From the NCBI GenBank assembly GCA_020848545.1, contig JADLHZ010000031.1:18483-82482 (forward strand): a DNA stretch of 64,000 nucleotides, written 5' to 3'. Under the pieces are notes generated by a model that had not been told where the DNA came from, did no database searches, and saw nothing but the letters and a program-made list of their open reading frames with translations. Of the stretch, positions 9,658-17,888 are shown one piece after another (positions within the stretch are counted from its first letter, which is position 1; the number at the start of each line of letters is the position of its first letter). The stretch comes from Deltaproteobacteria bacterium (GTDB lineage Bacteria > Myxococcota > JADLHZ01). The position numbers and the translations under genes were made by a program.

Positions 9658-10547
9658 GGGAGCACCCGCACCTTCGCGGTCGGGAGCGCGTCGACCTGCG
9701 ACATGCCGAGGTCACGGACGGCGCGGTCGTGGTGGCGCATCAAGCCTTCGATCGCCGACAGCTTGTCCCTCTGCGTGAGCAGCGCCGCGTAGCGATCCGG
9801 CCCGGCCGCAAGAAAGCCGCGCGCGACGAGGAACGCCGCCGCCGCCGCCGCGTCAGCCTGCAGCCATACCTCCACGCGATACGCGCGCCGGTCGTCGAGC
9901 AGCTCGCTCACCGAGCCGTCGTGGATGACAGCGCCGTCGCGCAGCTCGACCACGCGGTCGACCAACTGGCGCACTTCGTCGAGGCGATGCGAGCAGAGGA
10001 TCACCGACGCGTTCGCGGGCCGCGCGGCCACTTGCTGGAAGAAGCTGACGCGGGCCTGCGGATCCAGGTTCGCCGTTGGCTCGTCGCAGACGAGGACCGG
10101 CGCGGCGCTGGCCAAAGCGAACGCCGCGAGCAGCTTCTGCTTCATGCCGCCCGAGAAATCGGCGAAGCGCTTCCTGCGCTCGGCGAGGACGTCGAGGCCG
10201 AAGGCGCGCGAGCGATCGACGACTTCGCCCTCGCTCACGCCGCGCAGCCGCGACCAGGTGCGCATGAGCTCGTGCAACGGCACGTCGATCGGCGGCGCGA
10301 TCTGCGGCACGTAGGCCACTTGCGACAACGCTTCGACCGGCCGCGCCGCGACGTCGTGGCCGAAGATGCGAATCACGCCGTCGAAGCGCAGGACGCCGAG
10401 CACCGAGCGCATCAGCGTGGTCTTGCCGGAGCCGTTGCTGCCGATGAGCGCCACGCGTTCGCCGGCGCCGATGGTCAACGACACACCGTTCAGCGCGGTC
10501 ACCTTGCCGAAGCGCTTGGTCACATGTGCGATCTCGACGCTCATCGG
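9654..10547 (-). CDS. nosF: ABC transporter ATPase NosF
   Basis: Start MSVEIAHV with GGAGG RBS (ORF upstream extension rejected). Walker A GSNGSGKT. Signature FSGGMKQK. Walker B LVCDEP. Confidence 0.85.
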   Translation of the reverse strand, partial: PMSVEIAHVTKRFGKVTALNGVSLTIGAGERVALIGSNGSGKTTLMRSVLGVLRFDGVIRIFGHDVAARPVEALSQVAYVPQIAPPIDVPLHELMRTWSRLRGVSEGEVVDRSRAFGLDVLAERRKRFADFSGGMKQKLLAAFALASAAPVLVCDEPTANLDPQARVSFFQQVAARPANASVILCSHRLDEVRQLVDRVVELRDGAVIHDGSVSELLDDRRAYRVEVWLQADAAAAAAFLVARGFLAAGPDRYAALLTQRDKLSAIEGLMRHHDRAVRDLGMSQVDALPTAKVRVLP

Positions 10548-11734
10548 CGGACCTCCATCTTCGGCGCCGCGTCGCGCACGAGGAGCTTCGACGCGAAGAG
10601 CGGGAGCGACTGCGACACGACGTCGAGCGCGTGCATCGCCACACTCTCCTTGAAGAACGCGAGCGCCGGCTGCTCGTCTGTCCAAGCGCGCGACAACGCT
10701 TTCACCTCGAAGGCGACGTCGCCTTTGCCATCGCGATCGAGATCGAAGCCTTCGTAGTCGCTCCAGTGGTTGTCGTGCACGCTGAGGCCGAGCGCGTCGC
10801 CCCCTCCTTCGACCTCGATGGCGCTCGTGTTGTGGCGAAAGTCGTTCTCGGCGAGCTCGATGCCCTTCTGCGAGCTGTGCAGGCGCACGCCGACGCCGTT
10901 CAAGCCGATGAGCGACGCGCTGACGCGGACGGGCTCGGTCTCCACGCGCGGCGCCCGATCGAAGTAGAGGCCGGTCGTGTTCGCGACGATGCTCGCCCTA
11001 TCGAGCGTGATGTCTTCGCTCTCCTTGACGCCGAGGCCCATGCCGGCCGCTCCACGCGCGCCGGCGAGCACGCTGTCGCTGATGTGCACCCCGCTCGAGT
11101 ACATGACGAACACCCCGACCACGTTGTCGACGAGGGTTCCGTGGCTCACGTCGATGTCGTGCACGTACATGAAGTGCGTGCCGTAGCGGCTGCGACGCAC
11201 CTCGTTACCGAAGAGCCGCACGTGCCGCGAGTACCAGACGACGACGTCACGCGACGCTTCGACATAGGAGCGGGTGACCGCCGACCCGTGCGACTCCCAG
11301 AGCTTGATGCCGTCGCCTTGCACGGGATCGTCTGGGCTGCCGATCACCGTCGCGCGATCGATGACGCACGCCTTGCACTGCTCGAGCGTGATGCCGAAGA
11401 GCGTGTCGGTGACGACGACGTCGCTGATCTCGATGCGTGCGCCGCTCGCTTTGATACCGGCGTCTTCGCTCGTGTTCCTGCGGCCGCTGTGGCGCACGGC
11501 GAGGCGCTCGACGACGATGTCATCGCCGTTCAAGACGAGCACCGAGCCAACGCCGGTGCCCTCGAGGACGGTGCCTTCGCTGCCCGTGATGCGCACCGGG
11601 CGGTGCACGGTCCAATTTCCCGTGAACACGCCCGGTGCGATCGCGATTTCTGCCGCCCCTTCCTCGAGCGCCGTGTGAAGCTCGCGCGGCGACTCCACCA
11701 TCGTCACGCCGACGCAGAGGAAGAGGGGCAGCAT
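10541..11734 (-). CDS. nosD: Periplasmic copper-binding beta-helix protein NosD
   Basis: Right-handed beta-helix repeats (NosD/CASH domain). Position between cytochrome c and nosF. Confidence 0.85.
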   Translation of the reverse strand: MLPLFLCVGVTMVESPRELHTALEEGAAEIAIAPGVFTGNWTVHRPVRITGSEGTVLEGTGVGSVLVLNGDDIVVERLAVRHSGRRNTSEDAGIKASGARIEISDVVVTDTLFGITLEQCKACVIDRATVIGSPDDPVQGDGIKLWESHGSAVTRSYVEASRDVVVWYSRHVRLFGNEVRRSRYGTHFMYVHDIDVSHGTLVDNVVGVFVMYSSGVHISDSVLAGARGAAGMGLGVKESEDITLDRASIVANTTGLYFDRAPRVETEPVRVSASLIGLNGVGVRLHSSQKGIELAENDFRHNTSAIEVEGGGDALGLSVHDNHWSDYEGFDLDRDGKGDVAFEVKALSRAWTDEQPALAFFKESVAMHALDVVSQSLPLFASKLLVRDAAPKMEVRR

Positions 11735-11735
11735 C

Positions 11736-12179
11736 TCATTTCTCCAGTGACTTCAGATACGCGACGAGCAACGGCAGCTCGGTCTTCGGATCCACGCCTT
11801 GTGCTGGCATTGGCGTGAAGTGCGTCGCGAGGAGCTGCTTCGCCACCGGATCTTCCTTCACCATCACGTCGGGGCTGAGGACCATCCGCTGGATCCACGG
11901 CACGGTGCGGCGCGCGGTCACGCCTTTCAACCCCGGTCCGACGAGCTTCGTGTCGTCGGTCTTGTGACACGCCGGGCAGCCCTTCGCCGTGAAGATGCCC
12001 TTGCCCTTCTCGATGTCCGGAGCGGCCGTGCTCACGGTGATCGGGTCGATCTTGATCGACGCGGGTCCGTCTGGGCTCGCAGCGGCCGCTGCTGGTTCCT
12101 CGGCCTGAAGCTGCGGCTTCGCCGGAGCTTTTGTTTCGGTGCAGCCAAACAACGCGAGCGCAAAGAGTACGCGATACAT
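11736..12179 (-). CDS. Lipoprotein mono-haem c-type cytochrome (clade II nos-associated cytochrome c)
   Basis: Start MYRVLFALALFGC (lipobox). Single CPACH haem motif. Lies 14 bp downstream of nosZ. Confidence 0.75.
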   Translation of the reverse strand: MYRVLFALALFGCTETKAPAKPQLQAEEPAAAAASPDGPASIKIDPITVSTAAPDIEKGKGIFTAKGCPACHKTDDTKLVGPGLKGVTARRTVPWIQRMVLSPDVMVKEDPVAKQLLATHFTPMPAQGVDPKTELPLLVAYLKSLEK

Positions 12180-12193
12180 GGTGTGTTCCTTTC

Positions 12194-14167
12194 TCACTGT
12201 GCCGACGCGGTCTTCAGCCGCGGCTTGACCAAGAAGTAGCCCGCCATCTCGAGGTGCAGTGCCGAGCAAAATTCGGTGCAGTACATCGGATAGACGCCGG
12301 CCTTGTCGGCGACGAAGGTGATGTTCTCGTGCTTGCCTGGCTCGAGGCTGACGTTGATGTTGTACATGTTGAGCGCGAAGCCGTGCGTCTGATCGTCCGC
12401 CTGCTCGAGGCTCGTCAGGTGCAGGTTCACGGTGTCGCCTTCGTTCACCTCGATGCGATCCGGCGTGAAGTGGCTGCGGATGAGCGACATGTAGACGTCG
12501 ACGGTGGTGCCCTTGCGATCGATGCGTTCTTTGCCGGCCTCGGCGCGGAAGGGATCGAGCTTCTCCGTATACGGGTTCGTGCCGACGGCGTACTTCATGA
12601 CCGGCTTCAGCTTGTCCATCTTGATCATCTGCGAGTAGTGCGGCTCGCCGATGGCGATGGGCATGTCGTAGATGAGCTTCATCTTTGGGCCGCTCGCGTC
12701 GATGAGCTGGAAGTTCTGCGGCAACAGTGGGCCGACGCGGCTGAAGCGATCCATCGACATCTTGTTCATCGCGACGACGTACTTGCCGTCGGGGCTCACG
12801 GTGTCGCCCTCGGCCGCCATGATGTGGCCGATGTTGTAGTGGACTGGAAGCTTCTCGAGCAGCTTCATTTCCTTCAGTGACCACTTGGCGACGACGCTCT
12901 CGATGAAGACGGAGGTGTAGACGTTGCCCTTGTCGTCGAAGACCGAGTGCAGTGGTCCCAGGCCGATTTCGACTTGGCCGCGGATGCTGTCCTTGAACGC
13001 GAGGATCGGCACACCATAGGCGTCCTTGCCCTCGAACTTCTTCTCTTCGATCAGCGTCTTCAGCTTGCTGAACTCGTAGACCGTCGCGTGCGTGTCGAGC
13101 TTGCCGCCGACGACGACGGCGGTTCCGTCAGGCGTGACGTCGCAGCCGTGCGGGCTCTTCGGCTCGCCGACGAGCGTCAACACGCCCTCGGCGCCTGAGA
13201 CTTCGAGCGGCAACACTTTGAAGCCTTTGATCGTCTTCGCCTTGCCGGCTTTGACGAGCTGCTCGGCCTTTTTCCAGTTGATGATGTGCAAGTAGTCCAT
13301 GTCGTTCTGTGAGGCGCCGGACTCGATCGGGGGCTTGCCTTCCAGCACGCCACCGGTCGCCATCTCGGTGTTGAACGAGTTGATGAAGACGTAGCCGTCG
13401 GAGCCGAGCTTGCCGGCGTCGGCGAGATCCTGCGTGTAGGGCGGAAGCTCGACGGCCCAGCTGTTCTCGGGCTCGATGCGGCCGTGCTCCTTGTTGAACT
13501 TCCAGAACATCGCGAGCCCGCGGTACTTGTCCTTGTACTCGCCGATCGCAGCGTATTCGCGACCGAGCGGCGCCGGGTACTGGCTCGTCTCGACGATGTA
13601 GGTCGTGTTCGGATCGACGAAGGCGCCGCCGTGATCGCTCGAGATCAACGGATTGGCGACGATCTGCTTGGTCATGAAGTCGCTGAGATCGATGACCGCG
13701 ACGCGCGCGTTCGCCTTGTCGTTCACGAAGAGGTACTTGCCGTCGTAGTCGCCGTTCGTCTCGGAGAGGTTCGGGTGGTGCACGTCGGCCCAGGTGATCG
13801 ACTTGCCGTTCTGCTTGCCCTGATCGAACATCTCTTGGCCGCTTTTCGATCCGTAGCCGTAGCCTTGCCACGGCTCGGGGGCGAACACGCCGATCAGCTT
13901 CAGCATGCGCATCGACGGCACGCCGATCGCGAGCACTTGGCCGCCGTGACCGCCCGACGCGAAGATCATGTACTCATCGGCTTTACCGCCAGGTGTGTAC
14001 GTCTTCAGCGCGGCCTCGACGTCGGCCTCGGTGAGTTGGCGCGCGGTCATCAGCTCTTTGACTGACGAGCTGCCGGCGGGCTGGGTAGGTGCGCTGCCGC
14101 CTGTGCAACCGATGACGAGCGCGGCAGCGAGCGCCCATCCGAGAACGATGACGTGGTTTTGTTTCAT
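12194..14167 (-). CDS. nosZ: Nitrous-oxide reductase NosZ, clade II (Sec-type lipoprotein signal)
   Basis: CuA motif YPMYCTEFCSALHLEMAGY at the C-terminus. Beta-propeller CuZ domain histidines. Start MKQNHVIVLGWALAAALVIGCTGG is a lipobox, not Tat. ORF upstream extension rejected. Confidence 0.92.
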   Translation of the reverse strand: MKQNHVIVLGWALAAALVIGCTGGSAPTQPAGSSSVKELMTARQLTEADVEAALKTYTPGGKADEYMIFASGGHGGQVLAIGVPSMRMLKLIGVFAPEPWQGYGYGSKSGQEMFDQGKQNGKSITWADVHHPNLSETNGDYDGKYLFVNDKANARVAVIDLSDFMTKQIVANPLISSDHGGAFVDPNTTYIVETSQYPAPLGREYAAIGEYKDKYRGLAMFWKFNKEHGRIEPENSWAVELPPYTQDLADAGKLGSDGYVFINSFNTEMATGGVLEGKPPIESGASQNDMDYLHIINWKKAEQLVKAGKAKTIKGFKVLPLEVSGAEGVLTLVGEPKSPHGCDVTPDGTAVVVGGKLDTHATVYEFSKLKTLIEEKKFEGKDAYGVPILAFKDSIRGQVEIGLGPLHSVFDDKGNVYTSVFIESVVAKWSLKEMKLLEKLPVHYNIGHIMAAEGDTVSPDGKYVVAMNKMSMDRFSRVGPLLPQNFQLIDASGPKMKLIYDMPIAIGEPHYSQMIKMDKLKPVMKYAVGTNPYTEKLDPFRAEAGKERIDRKGTTVDVYMSLIRSHFTPDRIEVNEGDTVNLHLTSLEQADDQTHGFALNMYNINVSLEPGKHENITFVADKAGVYPMYCTEFCSALHLEMAGYFLVKPRLKTASAQ

Positions 14168-14182
14168 GATCGACGCAGTGAG

Positions 14183-14197
14183 CAAAAGAGGTGCCAC
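14183..14197 (-). promoter_or_regulatory. Sigma-54 promoter (perfect TGGCAC-N5-TTGC) for nosZ
   Basis: Minus strand reads TGGCACctcttTTGC. The -12 GC lies about 16 nt upstream of the nosZ ATG, so the transcript would be leaderless. Confidence 0.7.
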
Positions 14198-14248
14198 CGA
14201 CGAAAAGCGCGTAGCTTCGTGTTCTTGTGCGCGAGTGTTTCCCTCTCG

Positions 14249-14287
14249 TAACGAAGTCATCCCCGCCGTAGCGAAGCGGTAACGAAG
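14249..14287. promoter_or_regulatory. Three direct repeats GTARCGAAG between the divergent nosZ and FixH-like promoters (UAS candidate)
   Basis: gtaacgaag at 14249, gtagcgaag at 14268, gtaacgaag at 14279. The last two form CGAAGCGGTAACGAAG. Confidence 0.45.
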
Positions 14288-14313
14288 CGCATGGTTCCTC
14301 GGGCTGAGCGCCT

Positions 14314-14331
14314 TGGTTCGGAAGCTGCAAC
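14314..14331 (+). promoter_or_regulatory. Sigma-54-like promoter (TGGttcg-gaag-cTGCA) for the FixH-like/OMP genes
   Basis: GG/GC spacing is exactly 10. Predicted TSS coincides with ATG 14342 (leaderless). Divergent from the nosZ promoter. Confidence 0.5.
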
Positions 14332-14341
14332 CTCTCGGCGC

Positions 14342-14722
14342 ATGAAACTCGCGTATGCTTTTTGGGGGCTCGCGTTCTTGGCGGCGTGCGGCCCATCGCC
14401 GACCCCTGCGTCCAGCGACGGCCTCCGCGTCGAGCTCGCGTTCGAGAGCGGAGAGGCTGCTCTCGGCGACAACACGCTGCTCGTGCGCGTCTACGACCAA
14501 GGCGATCGGCCGATGGACGCCGAGGTCACGATGCACCTGCACATGCCGGCGCACGGACACGACCACGGCGATGCCAAGCCACCCGAGCTCACGCGGCGTG
14601 ACACCGGCGTGTACGCGCTCTCACCCGTGCGCTTCTCGATGGCAGGCGAGTGGAGGGTACACGTCAAGTGCAACTGCCCGATGGGCAACGGCGAGGCCGA
14701 GCAGATGGTCATGGTGCGCTGA
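14342..14722 (+). CDS. FixH/YtkA-like periplasmic lipoprotein (putative Cu-binding)
   Basis: Start MKLAYAFWGLAFLAACG (lipobox). Contains HLHMPAHGHDHG His/Met-rich segment and a VRFSMAGEWRVHVKC beta-sandwich. Divergent from nosZ. Confidence 0.5.
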   Translation: MKLAYAFWGLAFLAACGPSPTPASSDGLRVELAFESGEAALGDNTLLVRVYDQGDRPMDAEVTMHLHMPAHGHDHGDAKPPELTRRDTGVYALSPVRFSMAGEWRVHVKCNCPMGNGEAEQMVMVR

Positions 14723-14735
14723 GCGGCGGTGGTCG

Positions 14736-15623
14736 ATGTTCACGCGCAGCCTGATCCTCTTTGCGTTCGCGATCGTTGCGGGAGTTCCGGCGCGCGTTGA
14801 AGCAGGCTGCTGCTTCTCGACCACGGCGACGACGACCGCGCGCCTCGCGACTTGGGAGAAGGGCGTCGCTGGCTTGTCGGCGTCGTACGTGCGCGAGCTC
14901 GGCTACTTCAGCTCCGCAGCGCGCGCGGTGCCGCTCGGCGCCGGCACCGCGGATCAACAGCTTCGCTTCGATCTCTTCGGCCTCGTGCGTGTCACCGACG
15001 CCCTGACGCTCTCGCTGCTCATGCCGCTGTCGATGAACGCACGCTCGGCCTCGGGCGTCTTTGCGCTCGGCGGTGGCCTCGGCGACATCGCCGTCGGCGC
15101 TCGCTACGACTTGCTCCAGTTCGATCACTCGAATCGTCCCGGCCTCGCGCTCATCGCCGGCATCGCGATCCCGACCGGTCGCGCGATCGGCGCGGCGGAG
15201 CGCGCGCTCGCCGTCGACGCGACGGGCCGCGGCACGGCCATCCTCAACCTCGGCGTGAGCACCGAGTGGGCGTCGGAGCCGTGGTTCGTGCGCGGCGATC
15301 TCGTGGGCGGCATTCCGATGCCGACGGCGCAGGACGGAACCTGGGCGTGGCTCTCGCCGACCCTCGATCTCACGCTGATGGGCGGTGTGCGCGCGCATCG
15401 TTACTTGTTCTTCGGCGCCATCGCGCGCTTCGGGGTGCAGCTGCCGACGCGATCGCAAGCGTTCGGATACGATATGGCGCTCGGCGGCGGCGTCGCGTTG
15501 AAGCCGGATCCGCAGTGGGCCGTGCTCGTGAACGTCAGCGTCAGTCTGTTTGCGCCCGGCGCCGGCATGAACCGGAATGCGCCGCTCACCGCGAGCCTGG
15601 CGCTCCGCTATGCAGCCTGGTGA
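14736..15623 (+). CDS. Secreted outer-membrane beta-barrel protein (MetA-pathway/transporter-like family)
   Basis: Signal peptide MFTRSLILFAFAIVAGVPARVEA. Alternating amphipathic beta-strands. C-terminal aromatic residue W. Confidence 0.5.
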   Translation: MFTRSLILFAFAIVAGVPARVEAGCCFSTTATTTARLATWEKGVAGLSASYVRELGYFSSAARAVPLGAGTADQQLRFDLFGLVRVTDALTLSLLMPLSMNARSASGVFALGGGLGDIAVGARYDLLQFDHSNRPGLALIAGIAIPTGRAIGAAERALAVDATGRGTAILNLGVSTEWASEPWFVRGDLVGGIPMPTAQDGTWAWLSPTLDLTLMGGVRAHRYLFFGAIARFGVQLPTRSQAFGYDMALGGGVALKPDPQWAVLVNVSVSLFAPGAGMNRNAPLTASLALRYAAW

Positions 15624-15745
15624 AGCCGGTGGTCGCCCTAGGCTGCGCTGATGTTACGCAGCAGTAACTAGGATCCCACCGTTCGGTAACCCGCGGGGGC
15701 TGCGCCGGCTTGCAAGTGTGCACGGCGTTTGCAAAAGCGAGCGGG

Positions 15746-16207
15746 ATGATCACCCGAATCCTCCTGATGCTCGCGCTCGGCAGTGTCGTTCAAGATGGAC
15801 CGAAGAAGCTGCCGCTCCCGGGCTACATCTCACCACAGTTGCGCAAGGTGCTCGACAAACGCATGGAGCATCACGGCCGCGGGGCGATCGGCCTTTCGAT
15901 CGCGGTCGTCCTCCTCGCGCACGACGACGTCGCGGAGCTCGCGCTCGGGCTCGCGGAGCAGCCAGGCCTCGCGCGCCCCCGTCTCGGCGAAGAAGGCACC
16001 CTCAACGCGACGCTGCCGGCGCAGTTCTTTTCGTTTCAAGACCAGCTGCGCGAGCGCGCCAAGGAGCTCGCGGCGGCGGCGAAGCAGAAGAACAACGCGA
16101 AGATGCACGCGGCGCTCGGGCGCGTCACCGAGACGTGCATGACTTGCCACGCTGTTTACTTGAACGGCCCAGGCAGCGAAGAGAAGTGGTGGCCTCGAGA
16201 CGAATGA
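15746..16207 (+). CDS. Cytochrome c'-like (class II c-type cytochrome) protein
   Basis: Signal peptide. Helical ~150 aa. Single CMTCH haem motif near the C-terminus, as in cytochrome c'. Confidence 0.6.
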   Translation: MITRILLMLALGSVVQDGPKKLPLPGYISPQLRKVLDKRMEHHGRGAIGLSIAVVLLAHDDVAELALGLAEQPGLARPRLGEEGTLNATLPAQFFSFQDQLRERAKELAAAAKQKNNAKMHAALGRVTETCMTCHAVYLNGPGSEEKWWPRDE

Positions 16208-17064
16208 ACGCTTCAGAGCGCGATCGCCAGGTCGTGCGCGTGTCGGCGGCGATCCTGGTCGCGAACATCCTGGTCGCGGCCGGGAAGCTCATTTACGGCA
16301 CCGCGCTCGGCTCGATCGCGATCCGCGCCGACGGCTTCCACTCGCTGCTCGACGGCATCAACAACGTGGTCATCATCGTGGCGATGAGCGTCGCGGGCCG
16401 TCCGGCGGACGACGATCATCCTTATGGACATCGCAAGTTCGAGGTGCTCGCGAGCCTGGGCATCGGCGCGCTCTTCGCCGTGTTGATCTATCGGACCGCG
16501 ACGGATGCGTTCCTCGCGCTCGACGCCCCGCCCCGGACGCTCTCCAGTGACGCCTATGCCGTCGTGCTCGTCACGCTCGTCATCAACATCACGGTCGCCG
16601 CGGTGGAGCACGTCCTCGGCCGCCGCTTGCGGAGCGATTTGCTCATCGCCGACGCTCGCCACACCCTCTCGGACGTCTTCGTGTCTTTGACGGTGCTGGC
16701 CGGAGTCGTGCTGAATCGGCGTGGCGTGCCGGCCGCGGACGCGCTCTCCGCGCTCGTCGTGGTCTTGGTGATTGCGTGGGTGGGCTACGGTGTCGTGCGT
16801 CAGGCGATCGCAGGTCTCGCCGACGAAGTGGGCGTTCCGCCTGAAGAGCTGAGCGCGACGGCCGCATCAGTCGCCGGCGTGCGGGCGGTGTCACGCGTGC
16901 GTTCGCGCCAGTACGGCGGCGAGATCAAGATCGACGTCGTCATCACTGTCGACGGCGCGATCAGCGTGGCGGAGGCACATACGATCGCCGACGCGGTCGA
17001 GGCGGCGATCGAGCAGCGTTGGGCGCACGCGAGCGACGTCGTCGTCCACGTCGAGCCCGCGTGA
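16204..17064 (+). CDS. Cation diffusion facilitator (CzcD/FieF family) transporter
   Basis: 6 TM helices plus C-terminal cytoplasmic domain. HSLLDGINN and HxxxD-like motifs. ATGA overlap with upstream stop. Confidence 0.85.
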   Translation: MNASERDRQVVRVSAAILVANILVAAGKLIYGTALGSIAIRADGFHSLLDGINNVVIIVAMSVAGRPADDDHPYGHRKFEVLASLGIGALFAVLIYRTATDAFLALDAPPRTLSSDAYAVVLVTLVINITVAAVEHVLGRRLRSDLLIADARHTLSDVFVSLTVLAGVVLNRRGVPAADALSALVVVLVIAWVGYGVVRQAIAGLADEVGVPPEELSATAASVAGVRAVSRVRSRQYGGEIKIDVVITVDGAISVAEAHTIADAVEAAIEQRWAHASDVVVHVEPA

Positions 17065-17888
17065 GAGCGCTTGGCACCGCGCTTGCGAGAGCACTCGCCA
17101 TGCTCGGCGCTGCTCTGCCTTCGATCGCCTTTGACGACGCTGGTCACGGCTACGATCGCTTCGGGCTGTCTCCGTCCGCCTTGCGCGTCGCGTTCGCCGC
17201 CGCGTGGCCGCTCTATCGCTACTACTTTCGCGTCGCGAGCGTTGGCGCCGAGCACGTGCCAAAGGCCGGCGCGGCGATCGTCGTCGCGAACCATTCGGGC
17301 ATGCTGCCCTTTGACGGAATGATGTTGTGCATGGACGTGGCGCAGCAGCGGCAGCGCGCGCTGCGGCCGCTCGCCGATCATGCGGTCGGCGCGCTGCCGT
17401 TCATCGGCGTCGCCATGCAGCGCATCGGCGCGGTGTCCGGCACCAGCACGAACGCGCGCGCGCTGCTCGAGGCCGGCGAGATCTTGCTGGTGTTCCCTGA
17501 GGGCGTGCCAGGGATCAGTAAGCCCGCGCGACGAAAGTATCGCCTCACGCACTGGCGGCCGGGCCACGCAGAGCTCGCGCTGCGGCACAAGGCGCCGATC
17601 ATCCCGGCGGCAGTCGTCGGCGCCGAGGAGCAATTCCCGATCGTACACAACAGCAAGCGCCTCGGCCGGCTGGTCGGCGCGCCGCACGTGCCGCTGCCGT
17701 TTCTGCCGGTGCCGTTCGTGCCGGTGCCGCTGCCGGTGAAGTACCGCATCTATTATGGCGAGCCGATTGTTCCCGAGGGTGACGCCAACGATCCGAGCGC
17801 CGTCGAGCACGCGGCGTGGCAGACGCAGAACGCGGTGCAGGCGTTGATCGCGCGTGGGCTGCGCGAACGACGCGGGAGCTTCTGGTGA
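17061..17888 (+). CDS. Lysophospholipid (1-acyl-glycerol-3-phosphate) acyltransferase, PlsC family
   Basis: NHSGMLPFD (HX4D) and FPEG motifs. GTGA start-stop overlap. Alternative ATG at 17100. Confidence 0.75.
   Translation: MRALGTALARALAMLGAALPSIAFDDAGHGYDRFGLSPSALRVAFAAAWPLYRYYFRVASVGAEHVPKAGAAIVVANHSGMLPFDGMMLCMDVAQQRQRALRPLADHAVGALPFIGVAMQRIGAVSGTSTNARALLEAGEILLVFPEGVPGISKPARRKYRLTHWRPGHAELALRHKAPIIPAAVVGAEEQFPIVHNSKRLGRLVGAPHVPLPFLPVPFVPVPLPVKYRIYYGEPIVPEGDANDPSAVEHAAWQTQNAVQALIARGLRERRGSFW

Noticed and set aside
14168-14566. N-terminal 133-codon extension of the nosZ ORF
   Set aside because: The extension has no RBS logic, and a lipobox signal begins at MKQNH. The extension would also cover the sigma-54 promoter.
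15718-16203. N-terminal extension of the CDF transporter ORF overlapping the cytochrome c' gene
   Set aside because: Different frame from the cytochrome c' gene, which has a signal peptide and haem motif. The CDF start MNASERD overlaps the c' stop by ATGA.
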